Shown: one piece after another, positions 21,249-30,500 of the stretch
How the letters are laid out: every line of letters starts with the position of its first letter
Numbering within the stretch: position 1 is the first letter of the stretch
Assembly (NCBI GenBank): GCA_963555825.3
Contig: CAUVXB020000002.1
Span: 3,565,590-3,629,589 of the forward strand
Source: Alphaproteobacteria bacterium
GTDB taxonomy: Bacteria > Pseudomonadota > Alphaproteobacteria > JAAXGF01
Length of the DNA stretch: 64,000 nt
Reading direction: 5' to 3'
Program-made: the position numbers and the translations under genes
Notes under the pieces: model-generated
Told to the model about the DNA's origin: nothing
Databases searched by the model: none
The model's input: the letters and a program-made list of their open reading frames with translations, nothing else

Positions 21249-21616
21249 ACCGACCACCCAACCCACGCTTGACCCCGTGGGCCCACAGGTCCCTCCCGCG
21301 CGCGCCGCCGCGTCGGCCTGTTGAGGGCACGCCGCGTCGCACGCGGGGCCCTCCCATGGACTAGGGGACAAGCCCGCAGCCGCCAAGTGGTCCCTTCTTA
21401 CACCGCCACGGTGGTCCCTTTTCGCTCCGCCATTGACAGTCGTACGGCTCATCAGCGATGCCGAGGAACGCACGCGGCAGAACGACCGCTTGGCGCTCAG
21501 ATATGGCGGATGACAAGAGATCGTCGTCACTGCACGCTTCCTGGCTTGGGAATTCCACTTTTAACCCACTTCGGAAATCACGTATGAATGGGCTGATGGC
21601 TACGGGAGAGTGTGCG

Positions 21617-22552
21617 TCAGGATTCTCCGCTTTTCTTTTTCTTCCAGCGGCTCGGCCTTGGCGGGAGCGATTTAAGGTAAGCTGCGATAGCCTCACGATC
21701 TTCGTCAGTCAGTTTTGCCATGTTCTCCTGCACTTGGATCATGGAACCACCGAACGTATCAAAATCTGGCAGTATCCCGGTCTTGAGTGCAATGGCGATA
21801 TCGTCGATCGACCATTCGCCGATGCCTTGCTCATGCGGTGTGATATTGGGAATGAAGGCCTTGCCATCAGGCTCTGGTCCCCCTGCGAAGGCCCAACCCG
21901 CTTCCGGTCCGCCAACGAGATTGCGCGGTGTGTGGCATTCACCGCAATGACCGAGTCCATTCACCAAATACGCCCCACGGTTTACCTGCCTGTCGGCGTT
22001 CGGAATGGGGGTGAAGGGTTCATAATCCATGAACAGCATCTTCCACAGTCCAAGCCCACGGCGCCAGCGGAATAGCAGCGGCAGATCGTGTGGTGGCGCA
22101 TCGTTGGTCATGGCAGGCAATGTGTCGAAAAAGGCTTTAAGATCCACAACATCGGCAACCCTCATTCGCTGATACGACATATAGGGAAATGCCGGATAGT
22201 AATGGCTGCCGTCAGCCGATACTCCGCGCATCACGGCATTGAGAAATTGCGCGGTGGTCCAACCGCCGATGCCATGTGTCTTGTCGGTTGAGATGTTGGG
22301 CGCATAGAAGGTGCCGAATGGAGTTTTGAGGCCCAGACCGCCGGTAAGCTCGAGCTTTTGATCGCCCTTGGCGCCGGGAGCGGCATGGCATGAGGCACAC
22401 CCCGATGCATGGAAGACATACTCGCCCCTGGTAGGATCGCCGCCATCTGCCGGCAGATCGCGAGCTGAGATGATCTGCGGCCTAGTAAGGACTGAAACGA
22501 TAATCAGGCCCGTTGCACCAAGCAAAACTAGCGCGATCAGAAATTTTTGCAT
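21617..22552 (-). CDS. Membrane-anchored diheme cytochrome c (CycG-like)
   Basis: N-terminal TM helix; CASCH and CGECHTPR; TPFGTFYAPNIS, YYPAFPY. Confidence 0.88.
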   Translation of the reverse strand: MQKFLIALVLLGATGLIIVSVLTRPQIISARDLPADGGDPTRGEYVFHASGCASCHAAPGAKGDQKLELTGGLGLKTPFGTFYAPNISTDKTHGIGGWTTAQFLNAVMRGVSADGSHYYPAFPYMSYQRMRVADVVDLKAFFDTLPAMTNDAPPHDLPLLFRWRRGLGLWKMLFMDYEPFTPIPNADRQVNRGAYLVNGLGHCGECHTPRNLVGGPEAGWAFAGGPEPDGKAFIPNITPHEQGIGEWSIDDIAIALKTGILPDFDTFGGSMIQVQENMAKLTDEDREAIAAYLKSLPPRPSRWKKKKSGES

Positions 22553-22789
22553 GACCGCCCCTATCCAGATGTGGCAACCGTCACAAAATCAGGTCTTCAC
22601 GATCCGGGACGTATCGTGACATCCAATCGCGATCTCGCGCGACCGTCCTTCGCGGAGAATCGTGAAACGGGTCAATGCAGCTTGAAGGTTACCATCACAT
22701 ATGTCGCACCAACGCTCGGCATCCGCTGAAGATTTTTTTCGGCGCCTTCAACGTTCTAGAGAATGTCAGTTTTGGTGGAGTTCCTCCAG

Positions 22790-23284
22790 TCAGAATTCCT
22801 TGGCCCGGAATGGTTTATGGCAGCCGCCACATGTTTTGCCGAGCGCACCGACTGCAGCAGCGAGCGCCGGCTGTCCGTTACCAACCTCATTGCCGAGGGC
22901 AGCGACCGCACCCTGAAAATCAGTGAATGCCTTGGCGAACTCGTTCATGTCCTCCCAGATTTTCGGTTGTGCGCGGGTTTTTCCGGGACGGTCCGCATTT
23001 GATGTGCCGGACATAAACAATCCTGCCACCGGATATTGTGAGATGATTTTCAAATTTGCTGCGTGTGTCTTCGCTGCATCGGCGTCGTATGACACTTCAC
23101 CCTTTGCCATGCCGAACAGCGGACCCGCCTCCCAAACTACGAGCTTCATATAACCTTGGCGTATCGCGATTGCCTTGGCCTCAGTGTCTGGCTTGTCTTG
23201 AGCCATCGCAATTGTTGGCACAAAGAATACAGCAAAACAAAGCGCTACGGCGCCCAGACTTCTCAGTCCTTTCGAAACACGCAT
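22790..23284 (-). CDS. Class II cytochrome c (c'/c554/c556)
   Basis: Signal peptide, RQGYM near the N-terminus, T.A.PKIWED, C-terminal CGGCHKPFR. Confidence 0.9.
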   Translation of the reverse strand: MRVSKGLRSLGAVALCFAVFFVPTIAMAQDKPDTEAKAIAIRQGYMKLVVWEAGPLFGMAKGEVSYDADAAKTHAANLKIISQYPVAGLFMSGTSNADRPGKTRAQPKIWEDMNEFAKAFTDFQGAVAALGNEVGNGQPALAAAVGALGKTCGGCHKPFRAKEF

Positions 23285-23308
23285 CTCCGTTTCCTTTCTG
23301 CGTTTGAT

Positions 23309-24193
23309 CCGATATTTCCCAGATAGCATTCGTATCGTAGCAAATCGTAGGCGACCCCGACCACCGATGAAAGGAATTTCGCTCTGCGGTCATTCGGCAG
23401 CCCCGATTTGATGATTTGGCCGTTGTTGGAAGGCCATTTGGCAAAGATTTCCACCATCCAGACACACCTCTCCTGTCTTTTCCACCTTGCCGTCAATTTC
23501 CTCGGCCTACGCCGGAACGGGGCTTCGGCGTAGATCATCAATCAAGGCCAAGATTTTCTGGAACAAGATTTTCGACACGGCGACCTCGGCCAGTTGGAAC
23601 GTGACATAACGGCCATGGCGGACAACTTTGGCCCCGATCTTCACCAGCTTTTCCCGTAGCGTGGTCAGCGACCAGTGTTCCACCTCCTTCGGCAATGCAA
23701 GCGTCCGCATGAAGTTGCCCAGATTGTAAGCCAGGGCGTGAAACTGGAGCCGAACCTCGTTGTTGCGGAACTTGCTGCATGACAGCCGGGTCCACTTGAT
23801 GGCGTATTTGCCTTCCTTGATGTACTGCTCCGCTGTCCCACGGTGATTATAAAACGCCACCACCCGTTCGGCGGGCCGCGACAGGTTGGTGACAATAAAG
23901 CCGACGCGGGGGCACAACTCGCCGGGGTGCCATTCCACCTTGGCCACCACGCGCCGCTTCCTGTCCCAACTTCCAGCCTGATACCTGAAGCTGGCGTAAT
24001 AGCGCCGCACATGGTTCGGCGGACGACCGACGGGGCGGGTCAGCAGGTGGGCAATGCTTTCCTGAAGAATTTGGTTCTTCGGCAACCGGATCGCGTAGAG
24101 AAAACCCTCACTTTCCAGGAGCTCGTAGATGTCCGGTGCGGCAAAGGCGGCGTCCCCTCGGAAGTAGCGGCGCAGGTTCCGTTCCCGATAACG
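23309..24193 (-). pseudogene. 3' half of IS1380-family element (transposase fragment 23507-24193)
   Basis: Near-identical to copy 2 from RYRERNLRRY onward; right end TGGGAAATATCGG at 23309. Confidence 0.88.
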
Positions 24194-24359
24194 TGCTACA
24201 ATACACTTGATACAGTCGACGGCTCCCACTTGGAGGCATCGCGAAGTACCAAAATATGGTGCCATTGTGGAGTAACGAAAGTCTTCTTGTGACGTAGTGG
24301 ACGGCTCCCACCCGCCGGCTCCTAAGTTCCATTTTTCGGTGTGATTTAACGCACCGCTA

Positions 24360-24480
24360 ATGTCCGACTCTGGCTAGAATCGGAAGTCCGGCCGCCCGAA
24401 ATCGAAGTCTGCTTTACCCCCGAAAGCAGACGAAACCGAGGGTAGCCGCCGGAGTCCGTACCTGACCCCAAGGAGACAAA
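24360..24480. repeat. Cluster of short palindromic repeats (core GTCTGCTTT-N7-AAAGCAGAC at 24407-24431)
   Basis: Perfect 9-bp stem; related unit at 50991-51015. Confidence 0.55.
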
Positions 24481-24694
24481 TCGGGCCAGAGCGTCGGATA
24501 TCAAATTTGTAACTTTGGTCGTTGCCGCTTTGCGGTTGCAGTCCAAAATTCGAGACCGTCGGGTGGCGATCTCTCTTTGTAGCTCAGGGGAAGACTTCCG
24601 TCTGGTCACGTGGCCGCATGATAATCGGCATAAAGCTCCGGAACCCGAATCACTTCATTTGACCGGATACATCGAGAGAGATATCCAACACACC

Positions 24695-25980
24695 CAGGGC
24701 AGTTCAGCGCTCTCGATTTGAGGTGAGTCCGATATGCCACAGGTTGGAGGCATAATGGGTTTGGCTACAAGATGTGGGGTTCTCTCGGCACGATCCATGT
24801 GAATCTATCGCTGGCAACCGAAACCAAGGACGGTTGCCATGGACACCGCATTCACCCACCTTCTCGCCATGCTGGGCGGTATCGCCGATCCCCGTCGGGC
24901 TGAAGGCAAGCTTTACGGGCTGCCCCACGTGTTTCTGTTCTCGATCCTCGCGGTCATGGCGGGGGCCAATTCCTACCGCGCGATCCACAGCTTCATCGAT
25001 GTCCACCTGCACCGGCTCAAGGAGACCTTCGAGCTGAACTGGAGGCGCGCACCCGCCTACACTACGGTGCGCGGGATCCTTCAGGGTCTTGCGGCGGCCG
25101 ACGTCGAGAAGGTGTTCCGTCTGCACGCGCAGATCCTCAACGAGAGCGCCGCGTGCCAAGGCATGCGCGTGGTCGCCTTCGACGGCAAGACGTTGCGCGG
25201 CAGCTTCGACAAGTTCACCGACACCCGGCCGGCCCACTTGGTCAGCGCCTTCGCCGCCGATAGCGCCCTGGTGCTGGGCCATCTCGAGATCGACGACAAG
25301 TCCAACGAGATCCCGGCCGTCCAGCGCCTGCTCGGCGAACTCGGGCTGGCCAACAGCGTGGTCACCGTGGATGCGCTGCATTGTCAAAAAAACCTTCGAA
25401 CGCGCCGCTGAAAGGAGCTTGCGCCTCATCGCCCAGGTGAAGGCCAACCAGCCGACCCTTTTCGGCGACGTGCAACGGCTATGCGACGAGCGCGAGCCGC
25501 TCGACCGCCATGAGACCATCGACGCCGCGCGGGCGCGACACGAGACGCGCCACGTCGAGGTCTTCGATGCGGGCACCCATTTCCGCGACACCGAATGGGC
25601 ACCCTTTATCGCCGCCGTCATTCGGGTCCACCGCCGCCGCCTCGAACGCGACACCGCGACCGGCCTCTGGAACTTGGCCAGCGAAACCTCCTACCACGTG
25701 TCGAACGCCGTGTTCTCCGCCCACGCCGCCGGCGGCGCCATCCGGGCACACTGGGGGATTGAAAACCGGCACCACTATCCGCGTGATGTCACCATGGGCG
25801 AGGACGCCTGTCGCGTCCGCAAAAACCCCGGCATTCTCGCTCGCATCCGCAGTTTCGCCGCCAACATCATGCGCGCCAACAACGTCGCCAACATGACCGA
25901 CGCGCGATATCGAAATGCCATCGGCGGACTCGACCGGTTGTTCAGCTATCACACGAAGTAATGAGCGTTGAACAGCCCTG
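24695..25980 (+). mobile_element. ISAs1-family insertion sequence
   Basis: IRs CAGGGCAGTTCAGCGCTC / GAGCGTTGAACAGCCCTG. Confidence 0.88.
24839..25961 (+). CDS. ISAs1 transposase, split by a -1 frameshift at an A-run near 25385-25392
   Basis: DPRR, FDGKTLRGS, KSNEIPA, DALHCQK, then VKANQPTL, HWGIENRHHY.RDV. Confidence 0.85.
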
Positions 25981-26021
25981 AAAACGTACCCGTCCCAGTC
26001 ACCGCTCGCCTGCATAGGATC

Positions 26022-26226
26022 TGTTGGTGCAGGCCTTTGGCCTGCTGGCCCTGATGGAATCAGCCGATCCGCGCCTCATTCTCCTCATGGGCTTGTTGCC
26101 CGAGCGTCCGTGCAGGCTGAGCGGACCGCGGTCTGACCTGTTCGCCATCACATCTTGTCGTACCTTGCGCAACCTTCTGATGTGCTACCTCCCGTCTCGA
26201 TTCCTGATTACTGTCGTCAAACGCGC
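26022..26226 (-). ncRNA. Putative IS1111-type guide (seek/bridge) RNA region, 3'-truncated
   Basis: Shares GTGATGGCGAAC.GGTCAGACCG, CCATCAGGGCCAGC and CAACAG blocks with 52285-52530; similarity stops after CAACAG. Confidence 0.55.
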
Positions 26227-27252
26227 TTAGGCCGCCTGGCTGACGAATGTCGGTTGGTACGTCCGGTCATGGGCCAGCAAGGCCCAGATCGTGCGCGCCG
26301 TCTTGTTGGCGAGAGCGACGACGACGACGTTCGCCGGCCGCCGCTCGGCCAAGCGCAACGCCCATTCGGGCGGCGCCTTGGCCTTGTTGAGTACCGTACG
26401 AGCGCCATGGATCAGCAGCGTGCGAAGGTAAGTGTCCCCGCGCTTTGAGATGCCGAGCATGCGCACCCGCCCGCCGGTGCCGCGGTGGCGGGGCACCAGC
26501 CCGAGCCAGGCGGCAAACTCCCGGCCGGACTTGAATGCAGAGGGATCGCCCATCGCGGCAATCGTGGCCGTCGCGGTCAGCACCCCGACGCCGGGGATCT
26601 CAGCGATCCGCCGACTGGCTGGGTTGTTCCGATGCCACAGCTTGAGACGCCGTTCGATCTCGCCGATCTCCTCATCCAGCCGGCCCACGCGTGCCCATTG
26701 CTCGCGCAAGGTCTCCACAACCATCGCCGACAGACGCTCAGAGACCCGCTCCAGCGCAATGCCGATCCCACGCCTCATCCCGGCACGGCCTTGCGGCATG
26801 ACTTCGCCATACTCAGTCAGCAGGCCGCGCAGACCATTGATTTGCGCAGTGCGGTATTTCACCAGCTGCTGGCGCATGCGATGCAGCGCGAGGATCCCCT
26901 GCTGCTCTTCGCTCTTGATCGCGACCGTCTTGATGCCCGGCTGCTGCACCGCCGTCCAGATCGCGCGTGCGTCGTGCGCATCGTTCTTGTTGCCGCCCAC
27001 GAAGGGCCGGACCATTTTCGCCGGCAACAGCCGAACCTCGTGACCGAGCTCCTGCAGGCTGCGTGCCCAATGCTGCGAACCGCCGCAGGCCTCCATCGCC
27101 ACCAGGCAAGGCGCGCGGTTAGCGAAGTGCTCCAGGAACTTCGCGCGCGTCAGCCTCAGATCCACGATCTCACCCGTCTCTATATCCACCCAGTGCAGTT
27201 GAAACACCCGCTTCGCCGTATCCACACCCACGACCGTTCTGTTAGTCTTCAT
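26227..27252 (-). CDS. IS110-family (IS1111 group) recombinase
   Basis: GVDTAK, MEAC, KNDAHDA (DEDD), AWLGLVP, GISKRGD; GTGG where SGG is usual. Confidence 0.92.
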   Translation of the reverse strand: MKTNRTVVGVDTAKRVFQLHWVDIETGEIVDLRLTRAKFLEHFANRAPCLVAMEACGGSQHWARSLQELGHEVRLLPAKMVRPFVGGNKNDAHDARAIWTAVQQPGIKTVAIKSEEQQGILALHRMRQQLVKYRTAQINGLRGLLTEYGEVMPQGRAGMRRGIGIALERVSERLSAMVVETLREQWARVGRLDEEIGEIERRLKLWHRNNPASRRIAEIPGVGVLTATATIAAMGDPSAFKSGREFAAWLGLVPRHRGTGGRVRMLGISKRGDTYLRTLLIHGARTVLNKAKAPPEWALRLAERRPANVVVVALANKTARTIWALLAHDRTYQPTFVSQAA

Positions 27253-27547
27253 CTCGGATCCTCCGGTTTGCCTGCGAAGAGCTTGCTCTTCCCACTTGGC
27301 ATTTTGATGCCGCCGGCCCGTGAGGGTCCACCTCAGTCCTCCCGTCGTCCGACATCAGGGGTGGGAGGCGTCCATTCCATTCTCCTTCGTTGATCGAATG
27401 CACCCTGCGTGCGTTTCTTCCTGGCGCTTATGACGCCGTTAGATGGGGGCGTCCACTCCATCGCACCTTGGTCTTGTCGTGTCGGGGACTCCCTTCGTCC
27501 GATGAACGACGCTATCGCGATCTGGTCGCCAGCGCGACCAGGCCGGA

Positions 27548-30500
27548 CTAGATTCGCATGCTCCAATACCGGCCCTTGCTCTGCTGCTGCCTTTCGGCCT
27601 TGCGCTCGGCGCGCTGTTGCCGCAACTCCCGGAGCTTCTCCGGATCGTCGAGGAGGCGGGAGACGCGCTCGTCACGCATCTGGAGGCTCTCACCCGCGCG
27701 TTGTCCTGCCAGGGTTGCCGCGAGGTGCCGGTCGTCATCTTCAAGCACGTCGCGCACCCGCGTGAGCGCTGAGCCGAGGCTCTCTTCCCGGAGCGCGATG
27801 TAATCCAGGTGGATGCCGTAATTCACCGGGTCGTCCATGAGTCCTTCACAACGGCCCACCGCAAAGTCGGTCACGTTCCGCCATGTGTCGTAGTCCTCAT
27901 GGTTGGGAACCGCCACGCCCCGCTTGGCCGCCTTGGCCTCCAGAGCCTGGCGGCGGTCCATCTGGCCCGCCATGTGTTCGCGGCAACTGTCGAAGTAGTT
28001 GCGGTTTGACACTACCTTGCCGATCTGAGCGAGCACCGTGCTTATCTCCGATTCAACACCGCGATCCAGGAGCATGTTCTTGGAGACGCTGTCCAGCTCC
28101 TTGTGCAGACGATCGTAGCCGTCCGTGTAGATGACGTGGACGCCATCTTCTGCCGCGCGCTCCACCTGGCGGTTCCAGTCCCGCTTCAGTACCTGCGAGC
28201 GTTGCAGGACCTCCCGTGCGAAGGCCGCGGTCCGTAGCCGATCGTGGTAGCCCTGTCCGCCGACGAGGTGGCCCACGGCGCGGCCGAAGCGGGAGAACGC
28301 AGTTCGCACAGGCTCGGCGCCGATAGTCCCGACCTGCCCCGGAACTGGCGCATCGTCAACCGACGCAAACCGGGGACCGACCCAGTGGCGGTTTTGCTGG
28401 CGCCGCAGCTCGCGCGCCTGCCGTTCGGCCAACTCCTTGTCATCATCCCGGATCACCTCGCGAAGCGCCGATAGCGCCCTTGTCATGTGAGTCCTGGCTT
28501 CCACGAGCCGGTCAAGATGGGCGCCATAGGTTTCCTTGCGGGAGAGGATGGCCTCGCCTGCCGCCGTCAGGCGCTCGGCCTCCTGCCGCCAGTCCGGGTA
28601 GGCCGAAACCCCGGTCAGCTCGTTTTCCCGATCCGCCGCAACGTCTCGGAGAGAAGCGCGCGCATCCATCTGCCGTTGCGCTTCGCCTGGATACTCAAGG
28701 ATCTGTTTGCGGGTCGAGAGATAGTGCTGGTGGTTCTCAAGCACCTGGATCAAGGGCGCCTGTGATTTGGCCGGGATATCCGGGTTCTCCATCAATTCCC
28801 GGATGCGCGCGACGATGTCCATGTAGCCCTTGGCGTAGAATAATGGGATACCGGCTTGCCGGGCGTTTTCGATGAGGCTGTTCCAGTCCTGCCGCAAGGC
28901 TTCGTAGTCTGGCACCCAGGCCCGCTTCGCGGGCTCCGGTTGTTCGGCTTTCTCCCGTGTATCCGCAGGTTCGCCGTGCGGTTCCGGTGTCTTGACTGCG
29001 GAGGCATATTCGCCATCCTCCCGGATGACGCGGCGCAGCCGTGACAGTTCCCCTTCCATGCGCACCCTACCGGTTCCCATATTGTCGAGATGGACGCCAT
29101 ACCTCTCGCCGTCCGCGAGGATGGCCTCGGCCGCTTCTGTCAGACGGTCCGCTTCCTGCCTCCAGCCCAGGTGATCCGATACCTCAACGATCCGAACGCC
29201 GAGGCCATCGGCGACGCGCTGGAGGGAAGCATGCGTGTCCATGTGCCGTTCGGCGGCGTCAAGATAGTCCTCGACGTATTGGCGCGCTGAGAGATCCCGT
29301 TGGTGATTTTCAAGTGCCTCGATCATCGGCGCCCGTGTCCCGGCCGGGATATCCGGGTTCTCCGTCAGTTCCCGGATGCGCGGGATGATGTCCACGTATC
29401 CCTTGGCGTAGAATAACGGCTCTCCGGCTTGCCGGACGCGTTCGATCAGTTCGCTCCAGTCCCGCCACAATGCTTCGTAAGCCGCATGCCAGTCCGGCTT
29501 GGGGGGATCCTCCTGGTCCAGCCTGAGCGGCGGCACATCCTCCTGCGCGGCCGCGGCATGTGCCCAGGGGTAATCTTCGGCTTCGACCGGCGGGACGGTG
29601 TCGAAGTACTGGGTCGACGCCGCGTCACGATCCGAAGACTGCATCCCGGCCGTGTCCCGCGTCATCGTATCGGCGCGCCTGGGCGCATCGGCGCGGCCGC
29701 CCTTCAGCGCCAGCTCTCCTTGCCGCAATTCGGGTTTCGGTTGTTGTGCCTCCTGTTCCGCTTCCTTCTTTATCCGATGCACGTGCCGCATCGTGGCCGC
29801 TCGCTGGTGGCGTCGTGCGCGAGCGTGGAGTTCCTCGAAGGCGTCGAGGTCCTTGCGGGCAATGCCGCCGCGCTCGGCCAGCAGGGACGCAAAGTCGTCC
29901 GGCCGGGCGCGAAAGGCCGCTGCCTGTTTCTGCAACGCGGCATGGCGGGTGAGCGTCTCGCGGTAGGCTCCGCTGAGCGCCACGGCATCGCCTTCAATGC
30001 GGGTCCGTTCGCGGAGATCGTCATATGCCGCGAGAACCTCTCTTCGGCCATCGACGAAAGTGCTCACCGTCTGGGCGTGACGCCAGCCGAAGGCAGTGCG
30101 CCGAACATCCCGCGCGATGCGAGCCAACGCGTTGTCGTTCGCAGCTGCGCGGATATCACCCGCCTCGCCCTGGGCTTCGCCAGGGGAGCGGCTTCTGTCC
30201 CCCCGGACATCCTCCCGGCGGTCTTCCCATATGGCGTCGGCCATATAGTCGAGCGCCGCTTCCTTGGGCTGCGAGCGCGACCAGCGTTCGGCCAGATACG
30301 CCCGGATCTCGGTGTCCGTCACCGCAACTTCCCGGTCGTTGTCGGCTCGCCTGTCAGCGATATCAAGGGTGAGCGGCGTCCGGTTGACGTAGATGTCGAG
30401 CCTCTCGCGATGGCGCGTTGCGGCGGGATAAATCGTCTCGCGCGAGGGCCTCGCGTCGGCCAGCAGGAACGTCCGGTCCACGGTCAGCCCCTGGGCGGAG

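Larger units (their letters stand above)
18871..21438 (+). mobile_element. IS21-family insertion sequence (complete)
   Basis: Ends TGAGAACGGCAGAGC...GCTCCGCCATTGACA; carries istA-istB. Confidence 0.9.

Noticed and set aside
24215-24311. CRISPR mini-array
   Set aside because: Only two 15-bp units and no cas genes; they resemble IS110 ends.
25380-25395. ISAs1 transposase as a pseudogene
   Set aside because: The break falls on an A-run at the CQK motif, compatible with programmed -1 frameshifting; both IRs are intact.
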